Assembly: GCA_002269645.1 (NCBI GenBank)
Contig: NIVC01000012.1
Span: forward strand, 1,054,001 to 1,118,000
DNA from: Macrostomum lignano
Lineage: Eukaryota
Reading direction: 5' to 3'
DNA length: 64,000 nt
The position numbers and the translations under genes were made by a program. Position 1 is the first letter of the stretch; the number at the start of each line of letters is the position of its first letter. This document shows positions 12,345 through 24,717 of this stretch, one piece after another. The notes under the pieces are model-generated. The model was not told the DNA's origin. It did no database searches and saw only the letters and a list, made by a program, of their open reading frames with translations.

Positions 12345-13432
12345 GAGTCAATCTAATGGGGACAAGCGAGTCTAATCTCATGAAGACAGGGGAGTCTAAT
12401 CTCATGGGGACACGAGTCTAAATCTCATGGGGACAGGAGAGTCTAATCTCATGGGGATGCGAGTCTAATTTCATGGGGACAGGACAGTCTAATCTCATGG
12501 CGATAGTAGAGTCTAATCTCATGGGGACAGGACAGTCTAATCTCATGGCGATAGTAGAGTCTAATCTCATGGAGACAGGGGAGTTTAATCTCATGGGGAC
12601 AGGACAGTCTAATCTCATGGGGACAGGACAGTCTAATCTCATGGCGATAGTAGAGTCTAATCTCATGGAGACAGGGGAGTTTAATCTCATGGGGACACGA
12701 GTCTAATCTCATGGGGACGCGAGTCTAATCTCATGGGGACAGGACAGTCTAATTTCATGGGGACAGGAGAGTCTAATCTCATGGGGACGCGAGTCTAATC
12801 TCATGGAGACAGGGGAGTTTAATCTCATGGGGACACGATTCTAATCTCATGGGGACGCGAGTCTAATCTCATGGGGACAGGACAGTCTAATTTCATGGGG
12901 ACAGGAGAGTCTAATTTCATGGACAGGGGAGTTTAATCTCATGGGGACAGGAGAGTCTAATCTCATGGGGACAGGGGAGTTTAATCTCATGGGGACAGGA
13001 GAGTCTAATCTCATGGGGACACGAGTCTAATCTCATGGAAACAGGGGAGTTTAATCTCATGGGGACACGAGTCTAATCTCATGGGGACGCGAGTCTAATC
13101 TCATGGGGACAGGACAGTCTAATTTCATGGGGACAGGAGAGTCTAATCTCATGGGGACGCGAGGCTAATCTCATGGAGACAGGGGAGTTTAATCTCATGG
13201 GGACACGAGTCTAATCTCATGGGGACAGGACAGTCTAATTTCATGGGGACAGGACAGTCTAATCTCATGGGGACAGGAGAGTCTAATCTCATGGGGACAG
13301 GAGAGTCTAATCTCATGGGGACGCGAGTCTAATCTCACGGGGACAGGAGTCAATCTCATGGGGACAGGAGTCAATCTCATGGGGACAGGAGTCAATCTCA
13401 CGGAGACAGGAGTCAATCTTACGGGGACAGGA
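12345..13432. repeat. 21-24-bp minisatellite (GTCTAATCTCATGGGGACAGGA-like)n
   Basis: Direct reading, several unit variants. Confidence 0.93.
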
Positions 13433-13725
13433 ATTCGGTCTTCAGAAGTGAAGTCTACTCAAAAAACTCACTAAGATCCAGCGTGTAACATTAGCAGCGT
13501 ACATAATTTTGCTGGCAATTTTATTTCTGAAAACATAAACTGTAGACAGTTAATGACTAGACAAAAAAGCGCAAACGTGACGACAGAAAAGGTTATAAAA
13601 GTGGCTTCATAAATACATATTAAAATGTACAAGTGTTCTCATTATTAGAGAAGCACGAATATAATTGCACAGTAAAATAACAAGTTATGAACATCAATAA
13701 AGTAAATGAACTGTATTAACAGTAG

Positions 13726-13936
13726 AACTACCAAGGGGGGGGGGGTCAGGGGGAATCGCAGAACGAAGCAACGCCTATCTTTAAACTGTTGTTGCACACC
13801 CTCTCAAACAAGAATAAAGTCGTCAGACATCCAGACCGTCGAGATATTCTGCCAGAAGGTCGAATTTTGCCGAGCTGATGCAGATACACGTGATCGAAGT
13901 ACACTGGCGCTTTTAGGAAATCCCCCCTTGGTAGTT
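13726..13936. mobile_element. Possible MITE
   Basis: Perfect 15-bp inverted repeat AACTACCAAGGGGGG / CCCCCCTTGGTAGTT; no TSD identified. Confidence 0.45.
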
Positions 13937-14467
13937 TGCTATTTCTGTTTTGAAGCATATACGAGTAATAATATCAAAATATTAAACAAGGTATACCTCT
14001 AACTGTCGGTAAAGTACTTTGTATACCCATATTTTGTAAGTATTCTAATTAGAAATTTACGAACATTAGCAACTTAGTATAGGTAGACACAGAGACTGCT
14101 CGTTAGAATCAGTCATCGTTTAGGCCAAAACCATCTGGCTGGACTTTAAAGTCGTTCTTTGGAATTAGATGCATCTTTCGAGGTATTTTTAGCACAATTT
14201 CAGCCTGTGAAGAGGAACTTTACAATCAGTTTTCTTTGTTTTGAAAACTCCGGCCCTCGGGTCTTTTTAAACTTCATAATAGCAATCGGACCTGATTCAG
14301 TTCTCTTTTCTCCCCTCTTCGCCCTTTTTTTTAGTAGAGCATTGACTTTACATAACTCAGCTTATTCAAAAAGCTTTAGAAAAGTCATTCAATATTTATT
14401 CAAGGTATCAGATTTTTTTCAGCTGACTTCCCCAACTAGCAATCGCTTATATTGATAATCTGATTAT

Positions 14468-15352
14468 TCAAGACTTGACCGCGGAATCGTAAGCTGGCGG
14501 AGGTGGCATATCCTGCTGACGGGGAGGTTCAGCATTATCAGCAAGGGTAGACAATGCCAAAGCTGACGGAGCCTTTTGCATTCGCTTCAAATGCTTATTG
14601 TAGGATGAGCATTTTATGCAGCAGTACATCGAAGCCAAGAGGAGTATTACAAATCCAGTGACGCCGATTACACTATATAACAGTATCGCATCAGATGAAA
14701 TTTTAAAGTCTGGCGCCGGATCGCCAACCTGTTTATAATATCGGCACTGCAAGTCTCCCTCATCTCTATTAGACGGATATGGTCCGCCGCAGTCGGTGAC
14801 GCCATCGCAAAACTGATTACACGGATAGACGTCTACACTGGGATCGTCAGATTCCCAACTGTACTCATTGCCGTAGCGTCGATGAGCGCAGGTGCAATAG
14901 CAAACCAGCCTGCAATTTGGACAATCTGACCAACTATATTGAGCACAGGGTGAGCACAGACTGCATTGAGTCGAATTGCGATTATATCGAATAACACTAC
15001 TAGTAGTAGACGAATATGGATATGGATTGGCCTTTTTGACACCTTTAAATTCTTTTATGCGTCGATTGCACTGGCGTTGGAATTCGTTGAAACAGGATAC
15101 AGCTACAACTGGACTGCCTGGTGCCAAGTCGTCTACGGCTAACCAGGTACAGAATGAGTTTTTATTGCCCTGCTTATGGCACAGATTAACAGCTACAGCT
15201 ATTGTTCTCAGGTTAGGAGCCAAGCGCTTCAGTTCGTTGTTGGCCTTAATTGTTGCGTTCCATTCGGCACTGTTGGCGAAGTTGTAAAATGCGCACTGAG
15301 CTGAGCGCAATGTTACTAATATTAGTAGAGATATAATACACACTCCATGCAT
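14468..15352 (-). CDS. Type-I membrane protein, paralogue 3 (intronless, 294 aa; Cys-rich, partial LDLa, TM, PPAY tail)
   Basis: Signal peptide, CNQFCDGVTDC..DEGDLQC, TM ILLYSVIGVTGFVILLLASMY, C-terminal PPPPAYDS; same Cys spacing as paralogue 2. Confidence 0.9.
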   Translation of the reverse strand: MHGVCIISLLILVTLRSAQCAFYNFANSAEWNATIKANNELKRLAPNLRTIAVAVNLCHKQGNKNSFCTWLAVDDLAPGSPVVAVSCFNEFQRQCNRRIKEFKGVKKANPYPYSSTTSSVIRYNRNSTQCSLCSPCAQYSWSDCPNCRLVCYCTCAHRRYGNEYSWESDDPSVDVYPCNQFCDGVTDCGGPYPSNRDEGDLQCRYYKQVGDPAPDFKISSDAILLYSVIGVTGFVILLLASMYCCIKCSSYNKHLKRMQKAPSALALSTLADNAEPPRQQDMPPPPAYDSAVKS

Positions 15353-15464
15353 CGCTATTTGTCTGGTCTATTAGCATGCATTATTGTGAAAAACGAGCAT
15401 TACATAACAGCGGTTTTTATGAGTTCATGCGTGTTGGTAGCTTTTAGAATCATTTAGTGGATGG

Positions 15465-15780
15465 TCCAGCAACTGAGGATCTGAGAGGCTGGCCCAGTAA
15501 CTCATGGGGATCTGGGAGGCTGACCCAGTAACTTATAAGGATCTGGGAAGCTGGCCCAGCAAATGACACTCTGGGAGGCTGGCCAGCAACTGAGGATCTG
15601 GGAGGCTGACGCAGTAACTCATGAGGATCTGGGAGGCTGGCCCAGCAACTAAAAATCTGGGAGGCTGGCCAGCAACTGGGGATCTGGGAGGCTGACGCAG
15701 TAACTCATGAGGATCTGGGAGGCTGGCCCAGCAACTGAAAATCTGGGAGGCTGGCCCAGCAACTGAGGATCTGGGATGCT
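15465..15780. repeat. ~28-31-bp minisatellite (GATCTGGGAGGCTGGCCCAGCAACTGAG-like)n
   Basis: About 11 degenerate units. Confidence 0.88.
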
Positions 15781-15922
15781 ATAAGCGTAACTTGAGAATA
15801 TAAGAATAATAAGAATATCTACGAGCATATAAGTGAATAAGAATAACTATCTAAAAGAATAACTATAAGTGAATTCTCCACGAACAAAAATTTTATCACT
15901 ACTTAGAGGTTGTTTTATTGTT

Positions 15923-16150
15923 CACAACAGACACTAAAATAACTAGATGGGCCACTCAGAGCCAGTCCAAAGGTAGTGTGGAAAGACGCAGCTGGAGGGT
16001 TTAAGCTGGTGGTAAGGGCCAATAAATGAGCCTTCACTTTAAAAATACATAAAAATGCTTCTGTTTAACTTACTGCTAAACTGAAAGTAGTTTGCATGCA
16101 AACATGCTGAGTGGCCCATCTAGTTGTTATTCTAGTATTTAGTATTTGTG
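15923..16150. mobile_element. Degenerate P-like MITE, same family as 23978-24408 (opposite orientation)
   Basis: Inverted ends ACTAGATGGGCCACTCAG / CTGAGTGGCCCATCTAGT; interior matches the reverse complement of ~23990-24100. Confidence 0.7.
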
Positions 16151-19100
16151 ATTCATAATGGGATTCGAGGGTGTCGGGTGATCACAATGGGATTTGATTT
16201 GAGGCAATTCACAGTGGGATTTGATTTGAGGCAATTCACAGCAATACCTACCTAGCCACTCCACCTGACCAGGCTATAGGGCAAAAAAACCCTCAAAGCT
16301 AGCCTGACACCAGGGGGAGGACTACTAGACTACTCCTTGGCCTTCTAGCCTATCAGCATAGTCAATACCTTAGGCATTAGAGGGTACATTAAGTAGTACC
16401 ACAGCCTGCAGACTAGCAAGCCAGACCCCCATACTTAAGTTTGGAAAAAGCCACTAGATGGGTAGCCAGCATTGGAGCCCAGTTTGCCTTGATTTCCCTA
16501 AACACTTGCAGGGATGAGTAGTACCTGGGTATACTTTCCAAGTTGATAGTGGAACTATTTTTTTTTAAATTTAGTATTATTGTATTATCATAATATTTTA
16601 TTATTATGGTATTATTGTATATTTCATAAGATATATTATAGGTAAAAAACTTCTAGGTTCAAACTTATTGGCTTTTTAGACAAATCTTATTTTTATATAA
16701 GAAAGATAGGACTTGAATTAATTTCTTAATCATAAGCTTATTAGTGTATTTCTCTTTGTAAATATTTAGCTTTAGGCTTTGAATATTGTTTTTTTAAGAT
16801 AATGCATTGCTACAAAACATACCTTTCATACATTCATCCTTTCCTATGCATCCTTTCTATTTATTTTTACCTAGTCAGCTTTGCCTAGCAACTGGCTACT
16901 TGGAATCTACTGGCACCTGGGGGTAGCTATATAGCTCTTGCCTATTGATAACTACTGGCAGGGTTGGGTAGCCTAGGCCAAGATTGTCTAGCATTATCTT
17001 GGCGCCAAGCCCATCAAAATAAATATATAAGAATAAGCATTCTTTGAATACCTCTTGCATGACATTGTTCACCAAGCCTTAGTAGTAGTCCTCTAGGTAT
17101 TTACGGTATTTATCAGTGGATATAATCACCATATCATGTTCTATGGCATTAGTGATGGATCGAAATTTGATTTCGATTTCGATATTCTGAATTTTGAAAC
17201 TAATTTTGCATCGAAATAATTTCGATTTTGATTTTGAATCTCGACACCATTTATCAAAAATCATTTCAAAATTTTGGTTGTATTTTAACAATTTAGACAG
17301 TGATGATCATGCTACACGAGAAAGAAAATCTATAGGAAGTGAAAGTAAGTGCGGTTCAAAGACTCAGTAGGGAGGTGAGAATCACCTTTTCTACAAAAAA
17401 GATTGTGCGGGGTGGGGCACACACTGTTCCAGGCCTTGTGCTGCACCCACCTCAACCTCCACAAGCCCACTGGCTGAACTCATCGGCGTGGATTTTAATT
17501 GGCTAAAGACTTAAAGCCTTAATGAAATAGATATAGGCTACTTGTATCTAGATCTTCAGCTTAAACAGCGGTGAAGTATAATACAACTTCTACTATATTC
17601 CTATGTACGAGTGTATAATATATAATATACCAGCATTTTCTATTTTGTATTTTTAAAGTAAGTTAAATCTTAAGTATTCTGGTTTAAACATATCAAAGAT
17701 ACTTTTTATAAAACATATAAGCTCATGCATGCAGAGGCAAGGTGTTAACCTTTTTGCATGATTAGCAAAAAAGTAAAAATTTGTTAAGCTCAAAAATTTC
17801 GATTTCGATTTCAATTTTGATTTTGATTCTAAGGAACCAAAAATTTTGATTTCAATTTGAAAAATAATTTTGATCTATCACTATATGGCGCAATGGAACA
17901 CCATGGGATAGTTGTTGCACTGATGGTGTGGAAGCACCGCCAATTTGTGCTTCTTTGACATTTCTTTGAGACAATCATTGGACTCAAGATACTGCTGGCA
18001 ACTAGAGTTGCAGAGGATGTAGCACTCTAAGTTGCCATATTTCTTGTCTAGGTAATTGATAAAAGCTGGCAGACAGGCTGTGGCTGTTAATGCCACAGGA
18101 TATAGCATCCTGTTAGTGCCAAGATAATGCAGAGCATTGGCTCTATAAATTCTATCTAAAGCTCCAAGGATTTGGGAGATCATAGGAAGGAAGAAGATTT
18201 GGAATATCAAGAATATGAGGATTTGGATGATCATGAGAAGAAAAAAGATTTGGAATATTATGAGGAGAACAAAGATTTGGGGGATCATGAGGAAAAAGGT
18301 TTTAAAGATCATGAGAAAGAGGATTTTGAGTATCATGAAAAGGATTTAGAAGATCATAAAGATTTTGAGTATCATGAAAGGATTTAGAAGACCATGAAGA
18401 AGCTACAGCCATATTTTTGAGTCTTCTAATGCTGGGGGGGGGGCTTAGGGCCTATCATCTATATTAGGCATAGTTTGTTTCTAATAGGTATGCTTTAGTT
18501 ATACACTCTTTATATATATTTGCTTTCAGGGGATACAGAGGGCTCTGTTTTCTATTATGATTATTAGTAGTAGAAGTAACAATTTCTTTATTACATAGGC
18601 AGAGAAGTCAAAGATGTATAAGCTTGACAAGCACTTCTATATAGCTAGGCTTATATACAAATTTTCTATTTTTTTAATAGGAATTTATTATATTATTATT
18701 AGTAAGCATAAGCACAAATTAAATTGAACTATAAAACTGAAACTCTAAAGTTGTTTGCTTCAATTCTAATTTCTATTATCCTTTTTGAGCCTTATGCTAT
18801 AGTTTTAACCAAAGATAATTGAACTTATTTCTATGATTTTTGAATTGAGTTTTTTGAACATTAGAAAGGTCTTACTGACCTAGGCCCTACTTTCATTTTT
18901 TCAGTTATTTCATATTACAATTGTTTTATTTTAAATAAAAAATAATTTAACAAATGAAAAAAGTACTAGAAGGCAAAAAAGTAACAATCATGTCATTAAA
19001 ATAAAAAGTAAAAAGTAAAAACTTAATTTAAGCAAATTAGATTAAGCCAAATTTGCTTTGCCTACATAACAAACTAGGCCTATTAATTGTCTTAATTATT

Positions 19101-19630
19101 AAGACTATTTTAGGGAAATTTAGAAAATTTTAAAATTTTTCTAAAATGGGTAAATTTAAAAAATATAATTACTAGGCATAATATTAAAAAAAATTGAATC
19201 ACTAAAATACTTTATAAGCCTACTAGTTGGCTAGGCCCTAGTTCTAACCTACAATTCTGATTAGTGCTGTTATACAACAAATTATTTTTTGTGCAGGGTA
19301 AAAAAATTTGCATACATAGACTATGGTAACCTAAACTGATTATTGTTAAGCCCTAGTAAAATGAAGAAACAAATGCAGAAATACAGTCAAGCATCATTTT
19401 TTTCTTGTTATAATTTTTTCTTAGTCACAACTGTCAAAACTTTTAAATTAATATTTAAATAATTTAATGGCTATAAATATAAATCAATCAGATATAGCCA
19501 TAACTAATAAGTGAAGTATCAATGTATTATCATTTGAAGTGGAATTGAACATCTTGCTACTGCCAGAATGTCAACAAGCCAAAAAGAAGTTTAGGGTCTT
19601 GCACATTGTCATTAGGCATATTTGTACATT

Positions 19631-20060
19631 TGTGCAGAAAATTTAAATCGAAGAGCTTGCGTGCACGGCCGCCGTTCACGTAAGCTCAGAATTGCGTGCA
19701 CGGCAGAGCTATATCTTATAGGCTTAATACAGTAAGTCATATACTATTCGAATTAATATTCAAGTTAACAAAAAAAACAATGAATTAAGATTACATTTGC
19801 AGTCCATGGTGTACGGGGGATAAAACATTATAAAACAATATAGTAAAAATATTTTTTAATTAGGTTTGCCAATGCCAATGCGTGGATTTAAGGGCCCCAG
19901 TCCCGGCCAATTGCCGGCTGCCGTGCACGCAATTACAACACTAGGTGTACGGCTGCATACATGCAAATAAAGCACTAGGTAGATAGCCGCCGTGCACGCA
20001 ATTCTGAGCTTACGTGAACGGCTGCCATGCACGCAAGCTCTTCGAATTTAAATTTGCACA
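19631..20060. mobile_element. MITE with ~75-bp terminal inverted repeats
   Basis: AATTTAAATCGAAGAGCTTGCGTGCACGGCCGCCGTTCACGTAAGCTCAGAATTGCGTGCACGGC mirrored at ~19990-20055. Confidence 0.75.
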
Positions 20061-23000
20061 GCTGTGGCAGCACTGATCCTGACCTAAGACTAAGTCCTAA
20101 CTGTTTCAATCCTAATAAACCAAGGCTTAAGCTACTAAACAATGTAAGACAAATATTGCAGGCTAGGGCCTAACATCTTTCACAAAACATGGATGTATGT
20201 AGTAGGCCCCTAGGCCTAACACTTGTGAAAAACGTTGGGAACCTTTATCAAATTCTTCCCAAATAGACGCTTTAATTTAGGCATTCAGGCTGTAGACTGA
20301 AATACCAGTCAGACAGCAGACCTTAAAGATTAAGTACATTGTGATGCGATAAATATATTCTTAACTTAACGATGGGGTCACTGCGGTCAAAGCATAATTA
20401 GTTGGGTTATGGCCCCTATTGACGGCAGTATAAAGTGATGATGAGCGACTTAAATCGCTAAAGCATTATCAACTAGCTAAGCACTTAAATTTTATTATGC
20501 TAAGCACTTACGTCGTTTTTATGTTAGCTTATGCTTTTGTTTTGTTTTTCTATACGCCTTTTGTGTAGGATTTTAAAACACTTTTTTCTAAGACATGATT
20601 TTCGAAAGTCCGTGTGAAAAATCCTGAAATTTTGCCCGAAATTGAGTTGAATTTAGAATTGCCAATCACTCTTGGCCGCCTCAACATGTTTTCGGTGTGC
20701 TACTAAAATTTTTGTCTTTTGAAATCTGAATAGTCTCATAGACTGTCCTCAGTTCTCGCCACCACTGTCAGTAGGTCAGTAGCAGCACAGCTGAGTAGGC
20801 CTAGCAGGCATATTCTTTAAGCTATTTGCAATAGATCTAAATTCTAAAGGCACAATGCTTTATCTGGTGCATGCTCTAGTAAATTTTAAGCAAGCCAACA
20901 GTATAGCTACTGCCTACTTAGTTACTAGACAATAAGGCAGGCAACAGGCATATTTTAATTTTGGCAGTTGTTATTTGTCTAGTGACTGGACAAATAGCCT
21001 TTTTACTATTTGTCCAGTTAAATTGCTAACTGTTTAAATTGCTATTTTTTTGTGATTAATATTCTAGATTTTTAAGACCTTTTCATGTATACTGATTAAT
21101 ATTTTGTTGTATACTACTGTACATATAAGAAAGCAGTGTATTCAATTCAGCATAATTTGGTGTATAAGAAATACACTAGTATAACAACATAATAATTTAT
21201 CCATATCCTTAGATTTTTGTTGAATTTGCTAAGACAAATTTTGATTTTGAGAATAGTATTTATTTTATATTTTTAATTTATTGATTATACCCCACATTTT
21301 GGAAGATTACTAATACACTAGAAATTTTCAAATTATTATTGGATAGTTTAACTGTTTTGACATACCAATTATAGCTCAAGTAAATTTTTAGCATACCAAC
21401 TTATGCTCACTGTCACTGAAACTTCAAAAATTAAACAAATACAAAATTATATAGTGCTTAAAGTATATAAATTAAAGTATATAGATAGTTATTATATATA
21501 TTATATATATACTATAGTATATATAAATATATTACTCTAAGGTACGTAGTAATTTGTGGAATCAACTGCGGAATCCACTAACTTAAATTAAAATATAAAA
21601 TATAGGAATCAAAAATGTAATTTTCAATATATAAATATATCTATGCCTATCAAGGGCAAGCCTAGCCAGGAATTTCTCATGGGTAGATTGGATATAGGGA
21701 TATGACTAGCTGCTATTACTTGTATTTGCTGACCCAATGGGTAGTTCACATGAAAATTAAATTAAATAAGGCCTAAATCAAATATATAGGTGTCATAGTC
21801 TGGAAGGTGGCCTTTATGCCAGAATTTTCTAGTATATTTTTGCTTTCACTGACAATCTAAGCATACACTTGGCATATGGAATTTTCAGGTTCAACATGTA
21901 GTGTACACAGTTGGTATACAAAAATAGCCAAGTTCAAGGCTAATGTAATTGTGTAATTATATATCAACCAATGTTGAAAGCTCTTTAAAAATAATTGGAA
22001 ACTAAAATAGAAAATATTAATGCAATCATTAAAAAAACAAAATTAAAACAAAGGATATCAGTTTGTAGCAAAAAACAGCCATTTTAAAGTTTAATAAAAC
22101 TTTAAAATTTGTAGAATATAAATTCTTTTAAAATGGCATATCAACAATTTTGGGCTTGGCATAAAATTTTTTAATAATTTTACATTGGCATAAAATTGAA
22201 AAAACACAAATTTTCATTCCAGCATACACCTGCCATGATCCAGACTATGGTGTAGGTGGTGTATGGCTAGTCAAGTTTCCAATTCTATGAAAATACCTAT
22301 GAAAATACCTACTCAAATTCACTATTTAGTGAAAAAATAGAAAAATTCTTTCTTTGCTTTAGTAAATAAAAAATGCTTTTGATTTGCATTAGCATATATT
22401 AGCATGCACTATGTTTTCCATTTCTTATACCCATTGACCAGGCCCACAGGGGGTTAGATCCCCATATCCCCCTTTTGCCTATACTACAAATGCCTACAAT
22501 AGCAATATAATTGTATATAATTTTAGTATAATTCTATATTGTGAGGCAAACTAAACTAGAAATAGTAGCATCTATTAGGCCTACTCAAAGTAGTAAATAT
22601 AAGTTCTCTCATAAATAATATGCCTGATAGATATTGAAAATATTATTATAACTTTCTCTCTAATAATTTGGTCAAATTTCGAAGGCTTTATTGTTAAAAA
22701 GATTATATATAGTTTATAGTGCACTTCAGCTACCTTGCATTTGCATAATTTAAATTAAAGTTAGTGGAATCTGCAGTTCATGTTACATTTTACCACTCTG
22801 CTGCAGATTCCACATTTTAATAAGCTATTCCATTCTGATTCCTCTGCAGATTCTGCATTTTATTGGGTGATATACTATAAGCCTAGGGCCTATAAAAGTA
22901 TCCTATTAAAAATCAAGGATGAAATTTTTGTACAAATTTCTGGCTGGACTCATTCTATGCATAAAAACTTACACTCTTGTGCACATATTTTTGGCAAACT

Positions 23001-23228
23001 TGTGCAACTAAAATGTTTATGTGCATGCAGCTTTTATTTGTTCCAAAAATCAAAAACTTGCATGATTTCATTTGAAAATGTCAATATTGCACTTGTTATA
23101 ATTAAACAAAGTTATTGCATTTAAAAGCAAAGCCACTAAAAATTATAGTAGCTTTAATAATGAACTAAAGTTTTTTAGTTTGTTTTTATTTTTTGTCAGG
23201 CTAGCTATTATACTCTTACTAGTTATTT

Positions 23229-23542
23229 AATATATTCATACATGCGCAACCTTCAAAATTCGGTCGGCCATGCGACTTAGTTTTAACAAAAATGTGACGT
23301 AGTTTTTGGCCAAAAATGCGACTTACATGTAAAAAAACCCAAACGCAAAATTAACGCAACTTTGGGTAAACGGCAGGAGTAACTATGACTGTTTTATTAA
23401 GGCAAAATGCCTCGTCAGCTACTTAGTACTACTACTTTAGTATTTTTTTGGGTGGGCATTTTTGCGACTTCCTTGGTTGGCCGCCAAATCAGTCGGCCGG
23501 ATTGGCCGACTCGGCCGACTGTTGCGCATGTATGAATATATT
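23229..23542. mobile_element. MITE with 22-bp perfect inverted ends; same family as 56854-57015
   Basis: AATATATTCATACATGCGCAAC / GTTGCGCATGTATGAATATATT; shares the internal GCGACTTACATGT motif with the 56.9-kb copy. Confidence 0.7.
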
Positions 23543-23977
23543 TAATATTTAAAGTTTTACAGATATTCATGCAAACATCTCTAGGCTATTTCTAGATAAG
23601 AATATCTTCAAATGAGCTAAAAGTTTTGCCACAACTCCTTGTGTAGTTGTTCTATTGAATGGTTTGCTATAGCTATAAAAATTATAATACTTGTAAATCA
23701 AAATATTCATGCATATGTTTTTATAAAACAAACTGAAAGCTTGAATTGCAACTCACTATTACTGTCACTATTGCTATTTTCTATACCATTGACATACCAA
23801 AAAATATGTATGCAACTGCTTGCTGACCCAGCCAATCTAGGTGGCAAAAATTGTATTGGACCAAGTATAATTCACAAAATTTATGACTTTTTTTGACAAA
23901 GATTGGTGACAAATTGAACATTTCTTTCTTTATTTTAGGATTAAGTTGTAAAACTAAGCTGGATTTTTAGACAAAAC

Positions 23978-24408
23978 CACAGATACTAAAATAACTAGAT
24001 TGGCCACTCAGAACACTTGCATGCAAACTACTTCAGTTCAGTATTAAGTTAAACAAAAGCATTTTAATGTATTCTTAAAGCCAAGGCTCATTTATTGGCT
24101 CTTATCCCCAGCTTACTCTCAAGCCGCACCTTTCCACACTACTCCCTTACCCCTTTTTGCCTTTCTCAGAATTCCAGCTTCAAAGTTGCCTTGTACATTT
24201 CAATGGACTGGCTAATGTACATTATTGTTGAACCAATTAGTGAGTTCTTTGTCTACAAGCTCAGGCTTCTAAACTCATCAAAGTAATTTTAGCTGCCTTT
24301 TTTATAAAATAGCTTGTGTATTCTTCTTTGCTACTAAACTGAAAGTAGAAAGCTGTTTTACTAGGTATATATGCCCGAGTTGCCCATATAGTTATTTTAG
24401 TATCTGTG
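23978..24408. mobile_element. P-like MITE (431 bp)
   Basis: TIRs CACAGATACTAAAATAACTA / TAGTTATTTTAGTATCTGTG like those of 3560-6325; flanks GACAAAAC / GTCAAAAC (7 of 8 TSD match). Confidence 0.8.
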
Positions 24409-24717
24409 GTCAAAACTAAGTTGCATGGTAGTGTAATGTCAGGTTGCACATGTACACCAAAATGACCAGTATGATAAATTGGACTAAGTGACATACAAAA
24501 ATGATTAGGATGTGTTGTCTATAGTTTTAACCATTAGAGCAGTTGTTCTCCATTCGTAATATGATTTGTACCTGCCTGTCTTACCTAATAATCTCACTAG
24601 AAATATCTGATGTAAATTTTAATTTCAAGTTTGATATGTATATGAATTCAAACTAGAAAACACCATTGTGTATTCTAATCCAACTAAATTCATAATCAAT
24701 CTTATTCATGCCAGATA

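Noticed and set aside
21794-22249. P-like MITE with CATAGTCTGGA ends
   Set aside because: Only an 11-bp inverted repeat and the flanks (ATAGGTGT / GTGTAGGT) do not form an 8-bp TSD
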